Source: Gammaproteobacteria bacterium (GTDB taxonomy: Bacteria > Pseudomonadota > Gammaproteobacteria > GRL18). From it: a DNA stretch of 64,000 bases. This document shows, one piece after another, positions 47,017-56,258 of this stretch (its first letter is position 1; each line of letters opens with the position of its first letter). Position numbers and translations under genes: made by a program. The stretch spans positions 2,986 to 66,985 of the forward strand of contig JADGEK010000012.1 in assembly GCA_016744395.1 (NCBI GenBank), written 5' to 3'. The notes under the pieces were generated by a model. It searched no databases, had not been told where the DNA came from, and was given only the letters and a program-made list of their open reading frames with translations.

Positions 47017-48009
47017 ATGCAGACAACTATTTCCGCTCCAACGACTAAAATTCTTTATAAGCTTATGGAAAAATATGAGCTTAATAGTGAGGCGTTGTTT
47101 CTTGAAGCTGGCATACAAAAGAAAGATTTAACCAATATTAATAAAAGAATCAGTTATGAAGTACTTCATGGTTTATGGGAGCAGGCAACTACTCTAATCG
47201 ATGATCCATGTTTTGGTTTAAAAGGTGTTAATATCTGGCATCCCTCAGATTTAAGTGCCTTAGGATATGCATGGCTTACAAGTGCAACCTTAAGAGAGGC
47301 TCTGGAGCGTTTCCAACGATATATTAAAATTGCAACAGAATTTTATGAGTTTGAATTAATACAATCCAATATCGGTTATGAATTGGTGTTTCATTTTAAA
47401 GACAAAGAAACTTTGAATATGGCTCAGGTTGATGCTTCTATAGCCATTGTTATGGAAATGTGCCGCATTAATTTAGAACAATCAACAAGCCCTATTTCTG
47501 TCTTATTATCTCATTCTGAACCTGAATGTAAAAATGCGTACACTTCTTATTTTGGTTGTCCTGTTGAATTTAATCAACCTGACAATAAAATAATATTACC
47601 CATTAATATTGTCGATATACCTTTATTTAATAGTGACCCAAATCTTGCCCTGATGAATGATCAGGCCATTGTTCAATATCTTCAGAAACTCAATGATACC
47701 GATATTATATGTCAGGTAAAAAAAGTGATTACTGAACACCTGACTTTAGGCATTACCAATGAGCAAGTTGCTTATACACTTAATATGAGTGAAAGAACCA
47801 TGAATCGGCGATTAAGAGAGCAGGGATTTACATTCAAAGACATCTTAAAAGATGTTCGTATTAATTTAAGTAAATTGTACATCAAAAAAAATCAATTTAA
47901 CGTCACTGAAATTGCCTTTCAACTTGGTTTTTCAGATTCCAGTTCATTTAGCCGGGCTTTCAAACGATGGACAGGTGCATCGCCTTTAGAATATAAAAAA
48001 AGGAACTGA
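47017..48009 (+). CDS. AraC-family transcriptional regulator
   Basis: C-terminal double HTH (VAYTLNMSERTMNRRLREQG...IAFQLGFSDSSSFSRAFKRWTGASPLEY). N-terminal AraC-type effector-binding-like domain. Confidence 0.85.
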   Translation: MQTTISAPTTKILYKLMEKYELNSEALFLEAGIQKKDLTNINKRISYEVLHGLWEQATTLIDDPCFGLKGVNIWHPSDLSALGYAWLTSATLREALERFQRYIKIATEFYEFELIQSNIGYELVFHFKDKETLNMAQVDASIAIVMEMCRINLEQSTSPISVLLSHSEPECKNAYTSYFGCPVEFNQPDNKIILPINIVDIPLFNSDPNLALMNDQAIVQYLQKLNDTDIICQVKKVITEHLTLGITNEQVAYTLNMSERTMNRRLREQGFTFKDILKDVRINLSKLYIKKNQFNVTEIAFQLGFSDSSSFSRAFKRWTGASPLEYKKRN

Positions 48010-48259
48010 TTTTTCTTAGCCCCTATATTTATTGCTATTTAATGGAGTCTATTATATGTTTGATCTTTATGATTATATTGGATTCAATTTTTTTAATACT
48101 ATCAAAATTAGGCAGACCATCTCTGCTGGCGAATTAAATCAGAAAAAACATAACCATTCCCTGTTTAAAATTTCCTATCGTTAATTTAATTCCTCCTTAT
48201 CCTTTTTTCGTATATAATTTTAACCAGATTACAAGAAACTCAAGATAGCAGGTGATCAC

Positions 48260-49807
48260 ATTAACAATCGCTTCATCATTTTTTCTGATACGGATAACGA
48301 TACTGCCTGTATTGATAACACCCTTGAGTTTGCGGGGCTGTTACTTAAAAAAAACAAACTGGATGAATGTATCAATGGTTTATCCATTATTCATACGGGA
48401 GATTTCCTGGATAAAAAAGCGCCTGATCTGAATAGTATTGAGTATTGGCAAACCTTAGAACAGCAAGTGCAGGAAAGTGGTGGATTTGCCCATCTTTTGG
48501 CAGGGAATCATGAGCAGGAAATCTGGCAAAAGATCCAAAATGGCGAAACCTATGGACTCTCTGAAGATGACTTAAAAGTACTCTGTCGCTTTATTGAAAC
48601 ACTAGACTTATTCTATGTGGACGGCCCCTTACTCTTTATCCATGCCTACCCTACCCTGGAATTTTTGCGAGTACTTTTACACTACAAAGAAGTCACTGGC
48701 CATGCTCTTAATCAATTTAATAATGATCATTACAAAAAGTCCTTCAAGTCTGTTGAGTCTTTAAGCCAATACAGTTACACCAAAGGAAAGATGAGTGATC
48801 ATTATCTGCTTTATGATCTGGAAAATATCGCTTCTTATTATCGAAAAAATGGCTTGGAAATTACCACAATCCTAGAAAAACTGGAAATTGACTGCATTAT
48901 TCATGGACATCGACCACAGCGTTCCGGGGTACAAATCGACTATGAATTTAGTAAATGGCTCTCTGACATTCGAATGATTGGTAATGATACTCGAGTCAAA
49001 TCAGAGGGACTTGGTGCTACCCTGATACGCATGGATATCGGTCGGGCAGCACAAGTTATTTTTATTAACTCAAGAAACACCAATAAAAAGACTCGCAAGA
49101 AATTACGTCATCTGCTCCGCCTCTCTGCACCAGAATCAGCAACACTACAGCAAAAAATAACTGAATCAAAGCTATGTTGGGAACTCAACAAAAGAATTGA
49201 CCATATAAATCAGATCCATAAAGAATCTATGTTTGCTGTAGAGAATAAACTACAGGCTCAACGTACTTCACATTTATTACAACAAGAAGTACTACAGGAA
49301 GAGCTGCAGCAGAAAAATGACTTAAATTTTACCAACCGTGATCAAATAAAATCACTTGAAGCGAACATCAAACTATTAGAACACAAATTACAGCAACATG
49401 ATAAACAACAAACCACCGATCAAAATTTAAACAATAAAAAAGAAGTCCCTATCCTTGGAGTATCAAAATTTTCACTGGAAATAGCCAATAAACACAATAA
49501 TATTACCGAAAAAACTCTGGAAAGTCTGGAACAGTCCAGTATGCAGCTACAGCAGGAATTGAAAAAAAGTAATGAGACCCGCAAGCAGGCGGTGGATTAT
49601 TTACGCGTCTGTCATGAAGCTAATCAAAATATGAACAAAAATCTCAAACAATGTTCTGATGACAAAACTGAATTAGAAAAAGCCTATCATGATATACAAA
49701 AAATAAAATCGACAGAAAAAAAAGAAAACACACCTGACAAAGAAACGATTTATATTGCTATTATTTCTTCCGTTTTAACGGGTTTGGCTGTTTTTTTCCT
49801 TTTTTAA
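48260..49807 (+). CDS. Metallophosphoesterase fused to a long coiled coil and a C-terminal TM anchor (start codon uncertain)
   Basis: Motifs GNHE and IIHGHRP lie in the track ORF (48467-49807). Motifs I and II (RFIIFSDTDND, IIHTGDFLDK) lie in the same frame upstream, where there is no ATG/GTG/TTG. The best candidate start is ATT 48260 after AGGTGA. The C-terminus has Q/K/E-rich heptads, then IYIAIISSVLTGLAVFFLF. Confidence 0.6.
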   Translation: MNNRFIIFSDTDNDTACIDNTLEFAGLLLKKNKLDECINGLSIIHTGDFLDKKAPDLNSIEYWQTLEQQVQESGGFAHLLAGNHEQEIWQKIQNGETYGLSEDDLKVLCRFIETLDLFYVDGPLLFIHAYPTLEFLRVLLHYKEVTGHALNQFNNDHYKKSFKSVESLSQYSYTKGKMSDHYLLYDLENIASYYRKNGLEITTILEKLEIDCIIHGHRPQRSGVQIDYEFSKWLSDIRMIGNDTRVKSEGLGATLIRMDIGRAAQVIFINSRNTNKKTRKKLRHLLRLSAPESATLQQKITESKLCWELNKRIDHINQIHKESMFAVENKLQAQRTSHLLQQEVLQEELQQKNDLNFTNRDQIKSLEANIKLLEHKLQQHDKQQTTDQNLNNKKEVPILGVSKFSLEIANKHNNITEKTLESLEQSSMQLQQELKKSNETRKQAVDYLRVCHEANQNMNKNLKQCSDDKTELEKAYHDIQKIKSTEKKENTPDKETIYIAIISSVLTGLAVFFLF

Positions 49808-49906
49808 CTTAAGCTGGAAGTCTGGAGTATTCATTTAAATCAAAGTAAACTAGCTTACTGAGTATTATTTATCCGATTAAAATAAGTGTGACAGGCAGAA
49901 ATAAAA

Positions 49907-51445
49907 ATGACCCTAACTGACATTGAGCCTTTTCAGTTTTTTTTGAACAAACCATTAATAACCACGAAAAACTCTCTAAGTATCACTGCTGAATTATATC
50001 TTAAACAGACAGAGGTAACTGTTGACAGTGCTTATTGCCTGGATGATTTTGAAAGCAGTCTGAAAGCTTCTAAACGTTTATTAATACGCTATAAAAATAA
50101 CTTATTACTTTTGCAGACCAGTATTCCTGGAGCACTCAGTCAAAAATGTCCGTCTAAATGGCGCTTTATCCCACAATTAGAAGATGGTGAAGTCAAAAAT
50201 AAGCTTAGCAATTGCAGCTCAATCCGGGCATTTTTACCTGGTGATAAAACTCAGCTGCTCATAGAGCAATACAGCTTGCTGGACGACGATCTCAAAACAA
50301 TTGCCCGTTGCACCTTATATCATCTGAATAATGCTGATAAGTCTTTTATTCTAGGCATAACACAGCCTTTGCGAGGTTATGACCATGAGCATGAATTGTT
50401 TCAGAAATTTCTTTATGAGCAAGGTGCCGTTGCCATAGATTCATATAATGATGTTTATGCACAATGCGGTTTCGATCAGCCCCTCTATAAAGCCAAACCC
50501 AAACTAGAACTCGCAGTGGATACTCCAGCCATTGAGACAACGAATCATCTTATTCAGGTTTTTATGGCCATTGCCCGGCAAAATGAAGATGGGATAAAAG
50601 CTGATTACGACACTGAATTTTTGCATGATTATCGGGTTAGTTTAAGAAAAGTCCGCTCTGTTTTAAGTCTCTTTAAGGGAGTCTATAGTGAAGCTGAAAA
50701 TATTGCATTAAAACAGTCATTTTCAGATATTATGAAAGGCACAAATCAATTGCGTGATTTGGATGTTTATTTACTAGACAAGCAGGAGTTAGTCAGCTTA
50801 TTACCTGAACGTATGCATGCTGGTCTGGAACAGATGTTTGATGCTTTTTCTGTGGAGCGAAAGAAACAGCTGCAACAAGTCACTAAAATGTTAAATAGTA
50901 AAAGCTATCAACAGGCAATAGCCGCCTTACAAGAAAAATTCAGTAACACAGAAAACTTACAATCAGGGCCAAAAGCCTTAATTGCCTCTTTGCCTTTTGC
51001 AACCAAGCTGATCTGGAAGCGTTATACTAAAGTCTGTCAGATAGCCCGGCAAATTACAGCTGAAACACCCGATGAAGAAGTCCATCAGTTGCGTATTCAA
51101 TGTAAAAAATTACGTTATTTAATGGAATTTTTCTCTGACTTATTCCCGCAAAAAATGCTCAAACATCTGATCAAAGCCCTGAAACGACTTCAGGATAACT
51201 TGGGTCGCTTTAATGATTTTTCTGTACAGCAGGAATCATTGCAGGAATTTCTCAGCACTTATGCAAAGAAACACCGCAATAAAAATTTAATTGCCATGGC
51301 CGAAAGTATTGGAGCACTGATTATTTTATTACAACAAAAACAGTGTCGTGAACGGGATCAGGTCATGCAATCTTTTTCTTCTTTTGACAGTCTCAAAATA
51401 AGAGATGAATTTTCTCAAGTTTTCCATCATGGTATCAATCAATGA
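49907..51445 (+). CDS. CHAD-domain protein with an unknown N-terminal domain of about 230 aa
   Basis: CHAD His/Arg helices EFLHDYRVSLRKVRSVLSLF and EEVHQLRIQCKKLRYLMEFF. Confidence 0.75.
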   Translation: MTLTDIEPFQFFLNKPLITTKNSLSITAELYLKQTEVTVDSAYCLDDFESSLKASKRLLIRYKNNLLLLQTSIPGALSQKCPSKWRFIPQLEDGEVKNKLSNCSSIRAFLPGDKTQLLIEQYSLLDDDLKTIARCTLYHLNNADKSFILGITQPLRGYDHEHELFQKFLYEQGAVAIDSYNDVYAQCGFDQPLYKAKPKLELAVDTPAIETTNHLIQVFMAIARQNEDGIKADYDTEFLHDYRVSLRKVRSVLSLFKGVYSEAENIALKQSFSDIMKGTNQLRDLDVYLLDKQELVSLLPERMHAGLEQMFDAFSVERKKQLQQVTKMLNSKSYQQAIAALQEKFSNTENLQSGPKALIASLPFATKLIWKRYTKVCQIARQITAETPDEEVHQLRIQCKKLRYLMEFFSDLFPQKMLKHLIKALKRLQDNLGRFNDFSVQQESLQEFLSTYAKKHRNKNLIAMAESIGALIILLQQKQCRERDQVMQSFSSFDSLKIRDEFSQVFHHGINQ

Positions 51446-52182
51446 AAATAATTGCCTGTTATAGTAATAAGGGTGGTGTCGGTAAAACGGCCACTTCTGT
51501 TAATCTGGCTTATGCTAGTGCCCATGCGGGTAAGCGTACTCTCTTATGTGATTTAGATCCTCAGGGTGCCGCCAGCTTTTATTATCGTATCAAACCCTCT
51601 CGTAAACTGGCTGAACAGGCTTTTTTTAAAGATGTCGATAAGTTTACCCGAGCCATTCGAGCCAGTGATTTTGACAACCTGGATATCATTCCTGCTAATA
51701 TGACTTATCGGGATTTTGATATTTTTCTATCCCGTATGAAAAACAGCCGCTCTCGTCTAAAAAAAGCCTTGAGTGCTCTGCATAATGAGTATGATGTCAT
51801 CATACTGGATTGTCCACCCAATATATCCCGCTTATCAGAAAATATATTTAAAGTATCTGATTCAATTATTGTCCCAGTGATACCAACCACCTTATCCGAG
51901 AGAACTTTTTTTCAGCTTCTTGATTTTTTCAAAGAAAACAAACTGAATAAGAAAAAATTATTACCCTTCTTTTCCATGGCACAAAAACAGAAAAAACTTC
52001 ATAAAGAAACCATGGCAAGACTACGCAAACAATATAAACGATTTTTATCAACACCCATTCCTTTTTCATCCGATATTGAAAAAATGGGGATTCACCGTGC
52101 TCCAGTACTAAGCTATGCAAAATCAAAAGCAGCAGCCAAGGCCTATAAAGCCTTATGGCATGAAATCAGTAATAAGTTTTAA
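51442..52182 (+). CDS. Orphan ParA/MinD-family ATPase
   Basis: Deviant Walker A SNKGGVGKTATS, plus LCDLDPQGAAS. ATGA overlap with the CHAD gene. No parB-like gene is nearby. Confidence 0.85.
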   Translation: MKIIACYSNKGGVGKTATSVNLAYASAHAGKRTLLCDLDPQGAASFYYRIKPSRKLAEQAFFKDVDKFTRAIRASDFDNLDIIPANMTYRDFDIFLSRMKNSRSRLKKALSALHNEYDVIILDCPPNISRLSENIFKVSDSIIVPVIPTTLSERTFFQLLDFFKENKLNKKKLLPFFSMAQKQKKLHKETMARLRKQYKRFLSTPIPFSSDIEKMGIHRAPVLSYAKSKAAAKAYKALWHEISNKF

Positions 52183-52187
52183 TCCGT

Positions 52188-52213
52188 GTGCATCCGTCTA
52201 TTTACGGATGCAC
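52188..52213. other. Stable GC-containing hairpin without a U-tract, 3' of the ParA gene
   Basis: Perfect 10-bp inverted repeat GTGCATCCGT (52188-52197) / ACGGATGCAC (52204-52213) with a 6-nt loop. No T-run follows on either strand, so its role as a terminator is uncertain. Confidence 0.4.
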
Positions 52214-52352
52214 CGCATCTAAAGAGTTATTCATTGCGGTTTACATTGCCTCTAATTGCAGTATTCTTTCACTGCATAGGTGGTGTATCAACTGTTCTTC
52301 TTGTTCTTTATACGCTCATACTTTACAGAGTATCTCCAGAGACAAAATCAAT

Positions 52353-52991
52353 CTATAAATACTTTAAGGCTTTTTTAAACCCCTCTCGCTCTATGATACG
52401 AGCATAATAATCATCAATACATTTGTTTTTAAATTTTATATTATTTTCATGAGCCCAGTGCAGGCTATGAGCTAAAAGAATATCTGCTGCCGAAAATGAC
52501 TGCCCTAAAATCCAATTATTATTACTAAGACCCTGTTCTAAAATGTTTAAAACCATTCTAAATTCATACAATGCTGTTCTTAATATTTCAGGCACTTGAT
52601 ATTTCTGAGGCAGTGAAAATTGATGTTTAGCCATTGTCCATAGTGGTTGCTCAAATTCACAGAGGGCAAAAAAGCACCATTGATTATAATTTGCTCTAGC
52701 TAATGTGCCACATTCAGGTATGTAAATATCACTTTTTCCTGAATGGTTTACATATTTATCACCTAAATAGGTAATGATGGCTGCAGATTCAGTTAATATC
52801 AGTTCCTGATCAACAAGAACCGGGACTTTCCCAGATGGATTAAGCTTAAGAAAGAATTCTTCTTCAAGCTGACCCTTGTTGGGGTTTAATTTATGATACT
52901 CAAACTGAACATTGAGTTCCTGGAACATCCAAATAACTCGAAATGAACGTGAATTTCCAAAACCATACAGTTTCATCAATGATTGACTCAA
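52353..52991 (-). CDS. Glutathione S-transferase family protein
   Basis: Thioredoxin-like N-terminal domain (MKLYGFGNSRSFRVIWMFQEL...GKVPVLVD...LTESAAIITYL) and a helical C-terminal domain. Confidence 0.75.
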   Translation of the reverse strand: MSQSLMKLYGFGNSRSFRVIWMFQELNVQFEYHKLNPNKGQLEEEFFLKLNPSGKVPVLVDQELILTESAAIITYLGDKYVNHSGKSDIYIPECGTLARANYNQWCFFALCEFEQPLWTMAKHQFSLPQKYQVPEILRTALYEFRMVLNILEQGLSNNNWILGQSFSAADILLAHSLHWAHENNIKFKNKCIDDYYARIIEREGFKKALKYL

Positions 52992-53024
52992 TAATTTAGT
53001 TTCAATACGAATGTATTGTCTTGC

Positions 53025-54068
53025 TTAAAGCAGCCCTTTTATTAGAGGGTAGAATGAAATGGCCAAAGCGGTAGCTCCCATAAGGATTGCGATAATACTC
53101 AATAGATTAGAATTTTTATCGGCTTTTGACTCAATAATTTCTTCTAATATTTGAAGTTTTCTATTATGTTGAGCTAATTGATCTTGTATTTTAGATTCAA
53201 TCAGGCTTTGTGCTACTTCATGCTCTAATAGAACTGACACATAAGTAGACAAGTTGTTTTCAATAGCGGAATGAATTTTTGTATCCACAATTTCATTGAT
53301 CGTTGAATTAATGAGAGCATTGATGTCAACCGCATCTTGTTCTGCTTTAAATTCATTAAAACGATTATTGATAGACTCTTCAATATCAACTTTTAATTCT
53401 CGCAGTGAATTATTATCAATTTTTGAAACCTTATCATCAATGTAGCTATAAGTACCTTCAAGTGATTTTTTGACCGTAAAAATCACTTTTTCTTCCAGTT
53501 GCTCCGATAGTGCTCTGAGTTGTTCATTGGAGTTGTTTGCACATTCTTCAGTAAAAGTGGCGATCTGTGTTGAAGCGACTTGATTGGCCACTTTTTCAGC
53601 AATACTAGTCGCTAGATCAGAAATGGGTTGTTGAAAACTCTTCAACATGTCATCCTTATTGATAGACGGTTCAAGTGGAGTGACTTCAGCTTCTTGCTGA
53701 CTGAAGTCATTAATAACGGTTTCAAGGGGTTCTGTCGATGATGACTTGCACATATAACCAGCAGCACCTAGAGAAAAAGCTTTTTGCTTATCTTCGTCTG
53801 ATTCTTTCCCCGTACACATTACAATAGGGATATTAGAGAATTTTGGATTGGAGTGAATTTGAGTCGTTGCTTCAAAGCCATCCATTCCCGGCATCAAACA
53901 GTCCATAAAAATAATGTCAGGCAATGATTCATTTTGTTCTAAAAAGTCAATTGACGCTTCACCAGAATCCACCATATTGACTGAAATACCACGGCTGGCT
54001 AACTGTTTTTTTAGTACAACGCGAGCCATTTGAGAGTCATCAACGATTAGGGCTGATTTGATTTCCAT
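53025..54068 (-). CDS. CheY-like receiver protein with a coiled-coil extension and a C-terminal TM anchor
   Basis: Receiver domain ALIVDDSQMARVV...IIFMDCLMPGMDGFEAT...PIVMCTGK...GYMCK. About 200 aa of helical, acidic sequence follows, then LLSIIAILMGATALAISFYPLI. Confidence 0.75.
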   Translation of the reverse strand: MEIKSALIVDDSQMARVVLKKQLASRGISVNMVDSGEASIDFLEQNESLPDIIFMDCLMPGMDGFEATTQIHSNPKFSNIPIVMCTGKESDEDKQKAFSLGAAGYMCKSSSTEPLETVINDFSQQEAEVTPLEPSINKDDMLKSFQQPISDLATSIAEKVANQVASTQIATFTEECANNSNEQLRALSEQLEEKVIFTVKKSLEGTYSYIDDKVSKIDNNSLRELKVDIEESINNRFNEFKAEQDAVDINALINSTINEIVDTKIHSAIENNLSTYVSVLLEHEVAQSLIESKIQDQLAQHNRKLQILEEIIESKADKNSNLLSIIAILMGATALAISFYPLIKGLL

Positions 54069-54082
54069 ACTGAAATTCCTTT

Positions 54083-54784
54083 CTATTTTTTCATAAAAGT
54101 CAGAATATTGAGATAATGTTTAAGATAATATTCTGCTTCTTTTTGAATTTGTTTTTGTTTAAATTCAGATTGTGTTGCTAGCTGATGGGGTGAATTATCA
54201 AGCCAATCTATACATGATACCCATAACGTCTTTTTCCCTGTCAAAGTAAACGCCGTTAAGCTACCTTGCTTTCTAAGTCGACGTTGAGAGATAATTACCT
54301 TATGTTTAACTTGCTCAAGCTGATCTTTGAGTGGTTTACTCAGATCAAACTCGACAGACTGAATCAGTTCATGTTTATTGGTTTCTGCAGGGTTGTCAGG
54401 TGCGTCATACTCAGGCGGTAAGGGACGCCATGTTATATCAACCTCTAAAGCAGTTAAATCAGGATTATTTGGAAATTGAAAGAAGCCCCATTTATTACCC
54501 ATCCAACACTCTATTAATAGCTTATCATCTGAAATAGAACAGTGACCATCTTGTTCTGAAGAAGGATCAACAATTTTATAGGATCGAGGGTCCTGCTTCC
54601 ATGCTTGATAGTCCATATCAGGTGAGCGCCCATAGTCTTTTTCAAGGGCACGCCACTGTTTAATGAACCACTTATAATCCATCTGATAGTCAGGATTTCG
54701 GCGAAGAAATTCCCAGGCCCATTGCTCTTTATTAAGTGAATGAGTATATGAGTAATCAGGTCTATTTAATTGGGCAATTTCCAA
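54083..54784 (-). CDS. DUF6499-like (proteobacterial transcriptional-regulator-domain) protein
   Basis: N-terminal WAWEFLRRNPDYQMDY signature. It overlaps the WD40 gene end by 19 nt. Confidence 0.5.
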   Translation of the reverse strand: MEIAQLNRPDYSYTHSLNKEQWAWEFLRRNPDYQMDYKWFIKQWRALEKDYGRSPDMDYQAWKQDPRSYKIVDPSSEQDGHCSISDDKLLIECWMGNKWGFFQFPNNPDLTALEVDITWRPLPPEYDAPDNPAETNKHELIQSVEFDLSKPLKDQLEQVKHKVIISQRRLRKQGSLTAFTLTGKKTLWVSCIDWLDNSPHQLATQSEFKQKQIQKEAEYYLKHYLNILTFMKK

Positions 54785-55776
54785 AATTGTAAAATACCTC
54801 TTGAGGTTTCACTGATTAATTGGTGTGATTGCTTAGAAAAAGCCATGGTTGTCACATTAGCGAGAGATGACTGCCAAACATAGCGTCGTTTGGGCTTCTT
54901 TGTCATGAGTTTATTACCTGTTTTAATATCCCATAGAATGATTTCTTCTCTGGAATAACCTGTAGCAATGGTTTTGCTGTCAGCTGAAAAGACAGCTGAA
55001 GCCACTGTTGCTCTGATTTTATTGAGGCGACGAACTAATTTTCCAGTATGTGTATTCCAAATAAAAATTCCATCAGAGGCTGCATTGGTCATAGCGTATT
55101 GACCATCAGGAGAGAGCTGTACTTTGGATACTTTAGAAATATGTGACCAGGTATATTTTAGTTCACCTGTTTGTAAATCCCATAAGCGTGCTTTGGTATC
55201 ATCTGAGCCAGATAAAGCATAACGTCCATCGGCTGAAAGAGCGACACTGGTGATAATATCATCGTGATAAAAACCGTATTTAATCCCGCCAGTCCGTAAA
55301 TGAAAATAAACAATTCGATAGAGTGGGTATTGGCCACTTTTGTCTCGTGCTGAAACCAACGCATATTCACCGTCACTGGACAGTTTAATTGCACGAATAT
55401 CATCCATTGACCAAAAATAAAGCACTTTATTCGCTTTTAAACTGAACAAAGCCATTGTTCCCTGTTCAGCTGTCACAACAAATTCATTATTGGCAGAAAA
55501 ATCCGCTGCAATCACACCTGCCTTAGGAGAATTATCATGTTGCCATTGAGAAATGACTTTATTTGTTTTGGCTTCAATTAATTCAACATAGCCTTGAGAG
55601 TGAGCAATCAATACGTATTGACCATCATGGGATAAGGTAATACTAATCGCATTATCTGTATGCTCAATAGTCTTATCGGCCTGGTCATAAAGACAACCAC
55701 TCAATAAAACGATGAATAAACAAAGCAATAGAAAAATTGATGTTTTGAGAAGCTTCTTCTTAAAAAAAATAAACAT
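54766..55776 (-). CDS. WD40/beta-propeller repeat lipoprotein
   Basis: Lipobox LLSGC. Repeated units such as ITSVALSADGRYALSGSDDTKARLWDLQTGE. Confidence 0.75.
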   Translation of the reverse strand: MFIFFKKKLLKTSIFLLLCLFIVLLSGCLYDQADKTIEHTDNAISITLSHDGQYVLIAHSQGYVELIEAKTNKVISQWQHDNSPKAGVIAADFSANNEFVVTAEQGTMALFSLKANKVLYFWSMDDIRAIKLSSDGEYALVSARDKSGQYPLYRIVYFHLRTGGIKYGFYHDDIITSVALSADGRYALSGSDDTKARLWDLQTGELKYTWSHISKVSKVQLSPDGQYAMTNAASDGIFIWNTHTGKLVRRLNKIRATVASAVFSADSKTIATGYSREEIILWDIKTGNKLMTKKPKRRYVWQSSLANVTTMAFSKQSHQLISETSRGILQFWKLPN

Positions 55777-55821
55777 TAGATCCTCAATCTTGTTATAGGA
55801 GCGAAATTAACACGGTTAAAA

Positions 55822-56244
55822 TTAATGCGAACGCTCAAATAGGAACTGTCGGTATTTTTCATCGCCTTCTTGAAAAACACTCTCACCCTCTAGATCATAC
55901 GCCAGTTGAAGTTCATCCCTTGCGCATTGAGTGTCTTCTAATTCAAAACAACAAATACCTAATAACAAATGAACCAACGGGTTATTGATCGCACCACTGC
56001 AAATTATTGCTTCAAGAAGCTTTTCTTTCGCTAAATTAAAATCATCTAAAGTAAGCAAGCATTCTGCCTGACCTAGTTTAATCCACAAAGCAGCATCCCA
56101 TAGTTGCTTGGGTTCAGGTAATGTATTCCAGGCTTTTTGATATTCTGTAATCGCTTGTGAAAACTCTTCATTTTCAATTAAATGCTCAGCTTTACTGTTA
56201 AAAGCTTCTAATTTTCTAAATAATTTATCTTCTAGCATCATCAT
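55822..56244 (-). CDS. Small TPR-like helical-repeat protein
   Basis: 140 aa. Helix-turn-helix repeat pattern (EEFSQAITEYQKAWNTLP, LGQAECLLTLDDFNLAKEKLLEAI). Confidence 0.4.
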   Translation of the reverse strand: MMMLEDKLFRKLEAFNSKAEHLIENEEFSQAITEYQKAWNTLPEPKQLWDAALWIKLGQAECLLTLDDFNLAKEKLLEAIICSGAINNPLVHLLLGICCFELEDTQCARDELQLAYDLEGESVFQEGDEKYRQFLFERSH

Positions 56245-56258
56245 TAAGCACCGAATTT

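Noticed and set aside
48057-48185. 42-codon ORF (MFDLYDYIGFNFFNTIKIRQTISAGELNQKKHNHSLFKISYR) with GGAG 8 nt upstream, between the AraC and phosphoesterase genes.
   Set aside because: It is too short and featureless to call without conservation or expression data. It is noted only as a possible small protein or leader.
52186-52407. 73-aa ORF after the ParA gene.
   Set aside because: It overlaps the 3' end of the GST gene on the opposite strand and begins inside the 52188-52213 hairpin. It has no RBS, and the translation is hydrophobic nonsense.
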